Source of the DNA: Felis catus
Taxonomy: Eukaryota
DNA: 64,000 bases
Reading direction: 5' to 3'
Assembly (NCBI RefSeq): GCF_018350175.1
Contig: NC_058373.1
Span: 116,562,001 to 116,626,000, forward strand
Shown: positions 1 through 11,489 of the stretch, in pieces
How positions within the stretch are numbered: the stretch's first letter is position 1
Layout of the letters: each line of letters opens with the position of its first letter
The notes under the pieces: generated by a model
What the model saw: only the letters and a program-made list of their open reading frames with translations
Databases searched by the model: none
What the model was told of the DNA's origin: nothing
Program-made: the position numbers and the translations under genes

Positions 1-1122
1 CTCAGATACAGATTTGGGTGGTAGCTGGTTTTAAACCTAATTGATAGAAGAGCTTTTCATTTTCAGCATTGGTGGCACATAAGCCAGGTTTCAGACTGTC
101 AAGGTCCTGAGGCGGCAGGGGTGGGAAGAGGAAGGAGTCAAGGTCTGGGGAGAGTTGAAAAAACACTTAGTAGTCATCCAGATGTGAAAGTACATTTCCA
201 CACCTGTTCCTAGAAGTTGAAACACAAGACAGGGAGATACATTGAATGCAGATGAAGTCCATCGTTTTCTAAAATTTTCAAAATTTTCACTTATCTAACC
301 TGGTGGTAGCTTCCTGCTAAGTTCTGGGGCATAATGTAACTTTTAAATGCTCATTTTTATTGTTTAAAGATATGTTTGACTTTTAGAATTCAAGGGAAAT
401 AAAGATGATCCTTAATGTCTTAAGAAGATGTTAAGAAACCTAGGAAATGTCTTGGAAATAGACTATACTGGCTTTTTATGTCCGCTTGAGCCCAAAGGGT
501 AAATGACTTGCCCGACATCACACGATGAACTCATGGTAGAATTGGTACTCATTTTTGTCACAGGTTTTAACTGAAGTGTCCTTAAGAGAGGAGTGTACAG
601 GCCTTGGAGGTAGATAACCTAGGGGCAGTTATGAATTTGTTCATAGATGTATGTTTTATCTTAAGGGTTTCAAAAATTCATGCAGATATTTCATCCTATA
701 CAAATTGCATTCTTCTCTTTTGATGTGTCTAAGCATGCACATTTTGTGCTTGAGGAATTGTCATCTGGAATTGGAGGAAATGAACAGAATCAAAGATCAC
801 CTTACATTATTGTGTTAGAAGCGTTTAAAAAATCAGAATCTTAAAAGAAAACTACAGTGGAGCAATAAATTTATTTGATCTGCTCTGAAGTTAAAAATAC
901 ATTATAATAGAGGAAATTAATTATAGTGCAGTGAAAATATACCTTGTTTTCACCTCAACTTGGGAAGAATGGATTGCTATTTTTGTTAATTCAGCATTCT
1001 GTAAGTGAAGTAACGCATCTTGCTTTGTATTTTTTTTTTTATTTTTTATTTTTTTAATTTTTTTTTTTTTCTAGAGGTACAGGTTTGGAAGCGATCAGTA
1101 TTTTTTTAAAAAGAGGCTTTTA

Positions 1123-1345
1123 GGGGCATGTGGGTGGCTCGGTGGGTTAAGGGTCCAACTTCGGCTTGGGTCATGATCTTGTGGTCCATGAGTTCAAGCC
1201 CCGCATTGGGCTTTGTACTGACAGCTCAGAGCCTGGAGCCTGTTTCGGATTGTGTCTCCCTCTCTTTCTGACCCTCCCCCATTCATGCTCTGTCTCTCTC
1301 TGTCTCAAAAATAAAAATAAATGTTAAACAAATAAAAAAATAAAT
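1123..1345 (+). mobile_element. CAN-SINE (felid SINEC)
   Basis: GGGGC..TGGGTGGCTC head, Pol III A/B-box region, (CT)n linker, A-rich tail; TSD aaaaagaggctttt at 1108-1121 and 1346-1359. Confidence 0.95.
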
Positions 1346-3071
1346 AAAAAGAGGCTTTTGTATATAATTTTGTACGTATGGTTTCCCTGAAGATTAGATC
1401 ATGTTTGTGTGGAGAAAGACAGCCAGCCCCTCCCTACCCCTTCCCCAAGCAGGGAATTAATTACTCTAAAGGTTTTGCTTCTTAATCTTTTGTGTTAATC
1501 TTTTTTTTTTTTTTTTTTTTGCAACACATGGTTAAATGAGATTTCTATCCTGCAGACTGATTTATAGCTTGATTTTAATAGGCTCCAAAATATCGTTTCC
1601 ACAGTTGATGAAAGGGCAGGGTGTGATAGGAAGAGCCCCAGGCTGGCAGTCAGGAGATTTTGACTTAATCTTATCTGTAGGATGAGGGTTTTACAGTGGT
1701 AATGGGGTACTGCAGTCTCTTCCAGCTCCAGGAGCTTATGATACGTATTTGTTCATAATCTGCTTAGTACCTCCATACCGGTATTTCCTAAAATGTAAAT
1801 TTACAGGCGGTGTGCGTGTTTCAAGTTTCACGGTCCCCCCAGGAAGCAGTTCCCTCAGGATGAATACTTTGGGGGCCTGTGCCCCCTCGCTTCAATCTGG
1901 CTGGTGGGTTCTCCTATGTGACTGCAGGGGAGTCACTCCGCGAGAACTTGTCGAGCAGTCACTGGTGACTCATGAAAGACCCTTCCTTCTGCTGCTAAGC
2001 AGCCTAAGTTCCATTAGCCTCTTAGCATTTTTGAGACAACCCCCGAGGGTGAGGAATTTTCAGATGGGGCCTGGAATCTTTAGGAACTGGACAGTTGCCG
2101 CCCTTGAGCAGTTTGTCACTTGGAGTCCTTGTATTGATGTTGGAAGTAGCCATCTAAATTTTTGTGGTCTTACTACATTTGCAGATTTTCCACTGGTCAG
2201 AGGTGCACATGTGAGGAGGCCTTTGGCAGAAAGGCCCCCATGATTGTTTCACCATGCTAGTGTCACGTACCCGTGGTCTCTTTCTCCTTGAAGTTGTCCC
2301 GTGGCTTGTGTGTTTTCAGTTGTGTGTATCACACTGGCTAGTTTACTAGCTCTAGGTGGATACGCAGAAATACCCTGCAGAATTAACTGGATTCACGTCC
2401 CAGTCTGGCACAGTTGTATGTTGAGAAGCCCAAATACAGAATGTGTTGGCAGGCACGTCCTGGCACATGGTGAGTGATTTGTGGGTGGGAAGCAGTGCAG
2501 CTCTGTGGTTAAGACAACCGGGCCGGAAGCCCCTGCTCCACGATCGCGCTTGAGTGTAGTTTAGTGCCCAACACAGACTCGTTTGTCTTTTTTTTTAGAA
2601 ATCGTAGCTCCAAAGTCAGAGACAGCCATAAAGCCCCTGGATTATTTTGTGATGTAGCTCTCATTCTTTTTCACGTCTTCTGGATTTGAAGTTTTGAAGA
2701 TTTGAAGTTTTGTGCTCAAGTACAGTCTGGATGGAGTAAGGTGCCCGTTAAAGTCTTCTTTTGAGGCTGAAGAAAGCCTTTATTTCTCTTTCATTTCCCC
2801 AAGGTATGACAGTATTAGAGCAGATGGAAGGCTGGAGTTTGAGCTTAAGTTGTGTGAAAACTTTATCAGCCAATTGGCTGACTCTTAATGATGAGACAGG
2901 AAGAACCACCCACGTTTTCCATTTTGGATTTGAGTCACAGAAAACAGGTTTCCTGCAGAAACCATTTGGCTTCAACAAGTGTACGGAAATCTCATCTTTG
3001 ATCAGATTGATGTTTTTATCTTCATTGTGCATGTATTTCCAATTAATTATTTTCCCCTTTTTAATCCATAG

Positions 3072-3153
3072 GTTCGGTTTCAAATGTGAATGACAGTAAA
3101 CTAATATCCCAGATTCCTGTATAAGAAGTAGATCAAAAGGACTGTACTTTCAG
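3072..3153 (+). other. Candidate 82-nt non-coding or poison cassette exon
   Basis: Acceptor tttccccttttaatccatag and donor CAG|gtaagg; stop codons in all three frames. Confidence 0.35.
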
Positions 3154-4250
3154 GTAAGGAGCTAATTTTACTTTATCTTTAATAATACACAGCTGCTTTG
3201 GCAGGAGTCTGGCATGTCCCCTACCCCCTTTCACATGAATAGAAGTATAGGTGAATTTTTTAAAAGGCAGCAAATTGATTACCCTAGACAGGTTTCCACC
3301 TGTTTGGGATTATAAGAGGTGTCAGCCGAGTTGGCTACTTAAAACCATTAGAGAAGCAATCAATATGTGATGGCAGTTAACACACATATACACTCATAAT
3401 GGCCTAAAGTTGTATTTAAGTTTTTTTGTTTTTTTTGTTTTTTTAGATGGAGGAAGGAAATCATCCTTTCTTCTAATACCTACCCTTTCCTTCCCATAAT
3501 TGATCGATTACTCTGTCATCTATTTTCCATGTATTTGAAGTTTAAACACATAGATGATTTTCAGATTAATTTCTCTACCTCTGTGGCATCCCAAAGTATA
3601 AGAATAGCTCTGGGCATAAGAGATCATAGGAAAAGCCCTGTACTTGAAGTAATTTGGAATTTACAGGGCTAGTATTTAGAAATGAATTTTCCCCTGGAGG
3701 AAAGGGAACTGTGCAGACCAGACATAAACAGCTCCCCCCAATCAAAAAAACATTTGCATAGAAAACATTGTGCTGAGTTGGGATTGTCATAGTTTTCTGG
3801 ATACAAATAAAAGCATATTTCATAGAAGTCATATATTGGCTTTTTAATCAATTACCTAGTTTTTCTAATTGATTTTGAGGCATTGAGTCCTCCTCCCACC
3901 CCCATATTAGCTTTTGCACCTCATTACGATGGTTATTTTTCAAGTTTAAAATATGTAAAATTCAATTTTAAATTAATAACATCCTTTGAAGAAGGACTGT
4001 GGCAACTGGGTGAGTAATCCAAAAATCACTGCTCAGTAAAGCATTGTAGGATGGCTCTTGTAGCAGGCTCTGTCTCCTGACTGTGTTACCAGTGAACAGA
4101 AATTAGTTTGCAAAACATGAGCACACCAGCAAAGAGAGCTCGGTAGAGACAAACTGGCTTGGGATTTATAACAAGCTGCAGATGGTGTATGGACATAATT
4201 TCTTTCCAGTTCATCCTGGGATCAGCTTAGTCAGACCTCTGTAGTAGCTC

Positions 4251-4469
4251 TTTTTTTTTTTTTTTTTTTAACGTTTATTTTTTGAGACAGAGAGAGGCAG
4301 AGCATGAACGGGGGAGGGTCAGAGAGAGAGGGAGACACAGAATCTGAAACAGGCTCCAGGCTCTGAGCTGTCAACACAGAGCCCGAAGTGGAGCTCGAAC
4401 TCATGGACTGCGAGATCATGACCTGAGCCGAAGTTGGATGCTCAACCCACTGAGCCACCCAGGTGCCCC
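4251..4469 (-). mobile_element. CAN-SINE (felid SINEC)
   Basis: Poly-T, (GA)n and reverse-complement tRNA-like head; TSD gacctctgtagta(g/a)ctct on both sides. Confidence 0.95.
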
Positions 4470-4577
4470 TGACCTCTGTAGTAACTCTTAACTCACCTCC
4501 CTGCACGGCTCTCTGCAAGGGTGAGATCCCCTTACTCTCTGCTGAGAACTCTCCTGGGCCTCTCCCACTGCCTGTCG

Positions 4578-5386
4578 CAGCAATTCTCAAACTTTTGGGT
4601 CTCAGAAACCCTAGCATTAAAATTGTTGAAGCCCCAAGAGAGCTTTAGTGTTGATGTTGATTATATCCATTACTACTTACTGTATTGAAATGGAGAAAAA
4701 TTTAGAACATTAGAATATATAAGCTTGCATTCCCTTAGCTGCAGAGTGATGACATCATTGCCCCTTAGCTGCAGAGTGATGACATCATTAGTCCTGCAGT
4801 TTCTGGCAAACACTGTACATTTAGGAGAGAAAGAGAAAGAAAAGGCAAATTGTATACTATTACATTTAAAAGTTAGATTTATTGAGGCATAACTTATATA
4901 CAGGGAAATTCACCTTTTTAAGTGTTCAGTTCTTCTCTGGGTTTTGACAAATGCATTATGGTTGTGGAAGATAAAGAACATTTCCATCACTCTAGAATGT
5001 TCCCCTGCCCTTAGCCTTACACCCTCTGACCTTTTTCTGTCCTGTAGTTGTGCTTTGTCCCAAATGTCATGTAAATGGAATCGCAGAGTCGTAGCCTTTT
5101 GAGGCTGGCTTCTTTCATTTAACATAACACATTTGAGATTTATCCATGCTGTTGTGTATATCACTGATTCTTTTTTTTTTTTTTTTTTTTTTATTGCTGA
5201 GTCTTATTCCAATGTATGAAAATACTTCTGTTTGCCCATTTACCAGTTGGAGAACATTTGGGCTGTTCCTAGGTTTTGGTGGTGATGTGCCCTAGAGTTA
5301 ATATTAAAACAGTTTTAACCTTAACCTTTAACCCTGCGAGGGTCTCAAGAATCCCCAGGAGCTGGAGACCTCTCTGAAGACCTCTG
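4578..5386. mobile_element. hAT-Charlie-type non-autonomous DNA transposon, interrupted by an L1 fragment
   Basis: Left end cagcaattctcaaacttttgggtctcag resembles a Charlie/MER terminus; element resumes at ~5295 (aacagttttaacctt...gggtctcaagaatccccagg...cctctg); family not certain. Confidence 0.65.
4868..5287 (-). mobile_element. Old L1 (L1MB/L1MC-like) 3' end fragment
   Basis: Antisense L1M 3' motifs: tttattgaggcataact, gtaaatggaatc, ggcttctttcatttaacataa, tttgagatttatccatgctgttg, catttgggctgttcc. Confidence 0.85.
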
Positions 5387-5802
5387 ACCATGTTGCCTGC
5401 GTGTGATGTGCCCTCTGTCTAGAACGCCAGGACCTAGCTCGAGGGTCTCCTCTGTGCAGGCCTTTCTAAGCCCTCTTCCTACCGTCACCCCTGGGCCCCA
5501 TGTCTGGTCTGCTCATCACCATCTTTGAACTCTGCTGTGCCTGCTCCCAGGGCTCAGCAGTTACTTGAGGATGTGGCAGCTTCCTCACCTCTGAGGGCGA
5601 TGCCTCCGCTCTCGGTCCCAGCACATGCCTGGTACATGTTTTAATGGATAAATAATAATTCCTTTACATATGTGAGGCATTTTATTATTTATAAGAGATT
5701 TTCTCATAAAACATTCATCCCTCATTTTCAGCTCTGCAAAGTATATATAGCAAAGTGATTTTTTAAATATCTTTTATTTTTATTTTCATCAGATAAGGAT
5801 AT

Positions 5803-5955
5803 CTGTGGTCTTTACCAAGCTGTAATTTAGAATAACCCGGGAAGCTTTTAATAAACAGATTAAATGCTAATCTCTGGAGATCAGGCTTGAATTAGTACTA
5901 TTATTTAAAAAAACATCACTGTTGAACCTGATGTGCAGCCCACAGAGAACCATTG
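5803..5955. mobile_element. Degenerate MER5-like hAT MITE within MIR-like sequence
   Basis: tagaataacccgggaagctttta...ctgatgtgcagccc...gagaaccattg resembles MER5. Confidence 0.5.
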
Positions 5956-6275
5956 TCCTAGAACTTGGTTTACTGTGAAGTCTTAGCAATGACGTCGTTC
6001 AGACTGGAACCCTGATCCTTGACTCCTACTGGAATGCCTTTTCCTCCACACTCCGGACTCTCCCGTGACTCTCCCGTGAATAGAAGCACTATAGAGATTT
6101 AGAGAGCCTTGTTGTAAGATGACCGTGTTTTCAATTTGTGTGTTTTCAATTTATGGTGTTCTGGTGTGAAGACCAGAACAGTGAATTTAGGATGGGGGTG
6201 GGGGTGGACTGTGTTTCCGTTTTGACTCTGCATTTATTAACCTTGGATTAATAAATACTTAAGTTTGTTCTCAGG

Positions 6276-6465
6276 TTTTTTTTTTTTTTTGAGAGAGCTT
6301 GTGCCCATGCGAGTGGGGGAGGGGCAGCGGGCATAAGAGAATCTTAAGTGGGCTCCATGCCCAGCATGAGCCTGGACTCGAGGCTCACTCCCACGACTGT
6401 GAGATCGTGACCTAAGCCGAAATCAAGAGTTGGGAGCTTAACCAACTGAGCCACCCAGGCGCCCC
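6276..6465 (-). mobile_element. CAN-SINE (older subfamily)
   Basis: Poly-T, then gagaatcttaagtgggctcc...gaaatcaagagttgggagcttaaccaactgagccacccaggcgcccc. Confidence 0.93.
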
Positions 6466-7144
6466 AGCGTCCATTCCTACTTTTGAAATAAGGACACTAC
6501 CTTAAATTCTAGAAGTTTATTGTGGGGATCCAATTAGATACCGTGTTGAGAGACTTTAAAGGATTTATATAAAGGATTGCAAAATCCTTTTGTAAACTAT
6601 AAAATGCTTGCTAAGACTTATTTTTACTTGATTTTAGCCTAGTCTATTTATTGGTTGAATTTCCTTGAGGCTCATGAGTTAAACAAGTAATATAAAAATA
6701 CGGTGTCACTGAAATAGTGAAATAAAAGAATTATGCAGAATAAAACCAAGAGGTTGTCATTGGTTGCATAGTTTTGATGCTTTGTGTATGAATTAAGTGC
6801 ATAAATATGTATACACGTGACATACTATTTTTTTGGGTTGTATCAACATAGAGTCTTCTATATTTGTGTTCTTTTTAGTTTGAGAGCATGTTTTTGATCA
6901 TTCCATATTAGAATATATAAATCCCTCTCATCCTCTCATTCTTCTTATAGCTGCATGATTTTTTCATATATTTTCATATTGTTGGACATTTAGCCTGTTT
7001 CCAGTCTTTCACTTTTATTAAAAATGCTAGTGAACATTCTTCTTAGATCTTATTAAACCACTAGTTAATTCTTATTAAACTATTTACTCTGTTTTATAGA
7101 TACTGGGAGATAAAGCAGTAAATGTCTTGTTTATGAAATCTTAG

Positions 7145-7375
7145 ACAGTTTGGGTGGCTCAGTTGGTTAAGCGTCTGACTTTGGCTCAGGTCATGATCTC
7201 TTTGGTTGTGAGTTCGAGCCCCGTGTCGGGCTCCGTGCTGACAGCTCAGAGCATGGAGCCTGCTTCGGATTCTGTGTCTCCCTGTCTCTTGGCCCCTCCC
7301 CTGCTCATGCTCTGTCTCTCCCTGTCTCTCAATCTCAATAATCAATAAACTTTAAAAAAAATTAAAAAAAAAAAA
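7145..7375 (+). mobile_element. CAN-SINE (felid SINEC)
   Basis: tgggtggctcagttggttaagcgtctgac...gagttcgagcccc, CT-rich linker, A tail; 5' end eroded. Confidence 0.93.
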
Positions 7376-7579
7376 GAACTTAAGTCTTAAAAAAATTGTG
7401 GCAAAATATACTAGACCTTGGAGAACTTTTTCGTATGATCTTTGTAAATTTTGTTTTATTTTTGTTGTATTATCCTGTCACTATTTGAATAGACTTTTAA
7501 AGATTAGTGTGTATGTTTCTTAACTCCCTTAGCTGTGATTGCTTCATACTTTTTCCTTGAGTAGTAACAGCAATGCAAC

Positions 7580-7785
7580 AGTAATGTCAGTACTTACGCT
7601 GGGCACTCTGCTAGGAGCTTATTATATACATAGTCTTATTTCTTCCTCTTAGTAACCCACTGATTTGGTGGTGTTCTCCAGTTGAAGCATTTTGGAATGG
7701 AGGATTAGAGAGGTCAGATCACTTGCCCAAGGCTAGTTATGGGTCTAGGATTCAAAGGTCCTGCTTCCAACTACTATGCTAAACA
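7580..7785 (-). mobile_element. MIR
   Basis: ctgggcactctgctagg...agagaggtcagatcacttgcccaagg...aggattcaaa matches the antisense MIR core. Confidence 0.7.
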
Positions 7786-7879
7786 GTCTGCCAGGATTTC
7801 ACTGAATCAGAGATGGTACTTTTATTAATGACATCACAAATTACTTTGTAATTTACTTGTATGTGTATATTTTGCTTAA

Positions 7880-7904
7880 AAATTTTTTTTTAATGTTACT
7901 TATT

Positions 7905-7944
<40 letters not shown>

Positions 7945-8103
7945 AGCGTGAGCAGGGGAGGGGGCAGACACAGAATCTGAAGCAGACTCCAGGCTCTGAG
8001 CTGTCAGCACAGAGCCCAATGCGGGGCTTGAACTGGCGAACTGTGAGACTGTGACCTGGGCCAAAGTCAGATGCTCAACTGACTGAGCCCTACCCAGGTG
8101 CCC
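7880..8103 (-). mobile_element. CAN-SINE with expanded (GA)n
   Basis: Antisense SINE body; TSD tattttgctt at 7868-7877 and 8105-8114. Confidence 0.93.
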
Positions 8104-8939
8104 GTATTTTGCTTTCTTAATGCCAGTAATAATTTCACCTGTGCAGAAATAGTCCATGCTTTAGAGTATTCGATTTTGTAGTAAGTATAATAAAAGCAAT
8201 ATAGTAATTAATAAATATAAATGCTTATTGAATAGAATAATTGGTATTTTGGAGTGAAAGAGGCCACTAGATGGGGAATTGTTGTTGAATTCTATTTATT
8301 AACTAACAGAATAAGCTTGGTAAATGAATGCTGTTTCCTCACTGATAACATAATATTGGACTAAATAATTCACTCTGTACTTAATCAGCTATCAGTCCTG
8401 AATTATATTAGTGTGAATAAGAACATTCGTCAGTGGTAATGTAGATGAATTGCGAAATGGAATTCTAGTAATGCTTCCCCTTACCTTGAGTAATAAGGCG
8501 AATACTTCTGGATGGGTTTGTTCATTCATGATGAACACAAGATTAAAATGATCTATCTGTGTTGATGAGAACACCCGAATGCAGCCTCAAAGTTTTTTTT
8601 AAGCACATTGGAATATATGTTCTTATAATTTTACTGAAGGCATAGTTTTGAGTATTTTAAGTGGCCGTGGGTGGTTATTTCTCAGTAATGATTATTATAG
8701 ATGGAGTTTTAGTGAAGATATGGTTTCACAGATTCTTTGTGTACTCTATGTCACTTTTCACTTGAATGATAAAACTGAGGTCTAAGTGGCATAGTCTGGA
8801 ACACATGTGATGGTCAGCTTCTTAACTCTTAGTGTCCTTAGTCTCTCCTTTTTAGGCCTTAAAATACAGTGGCTGGATGGTTGAAATAGATCTTTTGCTG
8901 GATTCTCAGCCTTAGAGACTGAATTCTGTATTTTTTTAA

Positions 8940-9165
8940 GGGGCGCCTGGGTGGCTCAGTCGGTTAAGCGGCCGACTTCGGCTCAGGTCATGATCTCGCG
9001 GTCCGTGAGTTCGAGCCCCGCGTCGGGCTCTGTGCTGACAGCTCAGAGCCTGGAGCCTGCTTCAGATTCTGTGTCTCCCTCTCTCTGACCCTCCCCTGTT
9101 CATGCTCTGTCTCTCCCTGTCTCAAAAATAAATAAAATGTTAAAAGAAAAATTTATAAAAAAGAA
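8940..9165 (+). mobile_element. CAN-SINE (young felid SINEC)
   Basis: Near-consensus with intact CpGs (ggggcgcctgggtggctcagtcggttaagcggccgacttcgg); no clear TSD. Confidence 0.95.
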
Positions 9166-10540
9166 AACTTCCAGTAAAGCAGAGTTAAAACATCAGCATT
9201 TCATCTCATTCCTGGTTTTTAACTTATAAGCATTTTTAAAACGAAATATTTTTGGCCAATGTTTCATAATTGGCCAACAGAAGGGAATGTTGGTTCATCT
9301 TCCCGTGTGGATTTGTTGACTAAAAGTTCCTCTAGCTCCACAAAGTGAGCTTAGATCATAGGAAGCAATTGGGTGGTAGTGACTCTTAGTTGCTATTGAT
9401 ATGCAGTGGATTTCAGTCAATAGCCCAGTGCAGTCTACTCCATGCAGCACATTTTAAGTGTTCTCAGATTCATCTTTTTCTCTTATTTCTAGATTTACTG
9501 ATTTGCTTGGATAGATCCAGAAACAGCATTGTACTTGGGGCTGCTTTCTGAGATGACACACCCCACCCTTCAGAGGAATTCATTTCTTTTTGGAGTTTGG
9601 ATTTTGTTATTTTTATCTGTGTTCCATACTGTAATTTCCAGCTTTTAGAATGTAAATGCTCAAGTACATTCTGCCGCAGTGACTAAGGGGCATTATGTAA
9701 GGATTTACCACCACCCTACCCCCTTCTTTTTAGTATGTGGACATCACATTCCTTGGCCTACTATTTGTTTTGCATCTGTATTTCACTGTAACCCTAACAA
9801 GTTCATTCAAGCAGTGGTTAGACTGAGGTTAAGTGGTATTATGGTTGTTTGGCAGGATATGGCCATAAACACTTCTCTTTAAACACGGAATGGCCTGAGG
9901 TGGCTGTAATGTTCAATTGCATAATCACAGATTACACTTGACAAGCACAGGAATGAGTACACGGGCCACATACATCTGCAGTGAGAAATTGCCCCACAGC
10001 ATGGAGTCTACTGTAGAAACCATCTGTAGAGTTCCCTTGAGTGTTTTCTTAGATAATTACCTTAATATCATTCATTTAATTGGAATGTTTCTGATGAGAT
10101 GGAACTATGAATAGCATTCAGGGTTTCCAGAAAGCCTCCCACCTAACATCTAAAGGAATGAGTTAAAATGTTACAAGTGTTTTAAAAATGTGTATGCTCC
10201 TCAAAATTTTGTCTGTTTTCTCCTCTCTTTCTCCCCTCCCTACTGGTGTTTTTGTGACGTGAAATCTGTTTTACAAAACGTACCCTCAGAAATAATTCAC
10301 TTTCTAGAGATTGGGTGGTGTGGAGTTTAGAGACATTCTATTTGAAATGCCTGGTGATGTGTCCATTCAGGGTGTCGCTGTGTGAATGTGAGGAACGGGT
10401 CTTCGGAGCTCTTAGATGGTACTGGAAAACACCGCAGGTTACCTTGGGCAGCCGAGGAATGGAAATCAAGTTGCCGGTTACTGTGTGTGGAAAGGCCTTT
10501 TGGACATATTATATATTCTTTGGGGCTAATGTGAATATTT

Positions 10541-10556
10541 AAAAGAAAAATTTTTT

Positions 10557-10604
<48 letters not shown>

Positions 10605-10626
10605 AGATAAACACACACGCACACGC

Positions 10627-10697
<71 letters not shown>

Positions 10698-10820
10698 GAG
10701 AGAGAATCTTAAGCAGGTTCCACACTCAGCACTGAGCCCCACGTGGGACTTGATCCCACGACCCTGGGATCATGACCTGAGGTGAAAATCAAGAGTCAGA
10801 TGCTCCACCCAGGCACTCCT
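10541..10820 (-). mobile_element. CAN-SINE with compound microsatellite
   Basis: Antisense SINE body; TSD atgtgaatattt at 10529-10540 and 10822-10833. Confidence 0.9.
10562..10703. repeat. Compound microsatellite (TA)n/(CA)n/(TA)n/(GA)n
   Basis: Directly visible. Confidence 0.95.
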
Positions 10821-11489
10821 GATGTGAATATTTGTGAAAAAGTGTTTTACTTCCTTCATTACCATTTTCAGTATTTATCAGGAAACTGGATATATTTGAT
10901 ATGGGACTCAGTGTTTCTGTCATCTTAATTTTTACTAAATGTTTTTATTGAACTTGTTTTTCAAGTAGGCATTTTAAATTTTGCCTTCTATAAGTAGGCG
11001 TTTTAAATTTTTGTAATTGTTTATGCGCGTTTCATGTGTTGTATTCAAACTGATTTGTCTATAAACTACTATAAACTATAGACTGATTTGTCTATAAACT
11101 ACTATAAAATACTTCCTTGTCAGAGGCCCCAAGGTTGACACTATAGATTTTTATTTGAAATGTTTATTATTTTAAACTTAAATTTTTTTTTTTTTTAGCA
11201 AAGTAATAATATCCCTGGTTTAAATACGAAGTAAAATTATAGTTCAGGCTTGAGAAGAAAAGTTCTTAGGCTCCACCTGTTGCTTTTCAGAAGCAGCCAT
11301 TTGCAGGGTTTTCTTTTTTAACTGCTTCTTCTGGCATTTACTGCCATATACCTAAAGAAGTTATTTTTACTCCTATGGCTCGGCTTTTCAACTCTAAACA
11401 TTATCTTTTGACTATTTCCTGCAGAAGATAAGGATTAAACTTCCTGACTTGTCTTTCCCCATCCTCCCAGTGATAATTAAAAAAATTTA

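Noticed and set aside
1749..2243. Longest + ORF (164 aa)
   Set aside because: Starts at TTG, has no recognisable domain or splice context; length is compatible with chance in 64 kb
4231..4617. ORF containing GTWVAQWVEHPTSAQVMIS...SLEPVSDSVSPSL and the many similar ORFs (7154, 7900, 12147, 18462, 34105, 37780, 56202, 62004)
   Set aside because: Translations of CAN-SINE sequence; the recurrence reflects the repeat, not a gene family
9470..9600. Acceptor-like tctttttctcttatttctag followed by possible exon
   Set aside because: Stops in all frames and no good donor nearby
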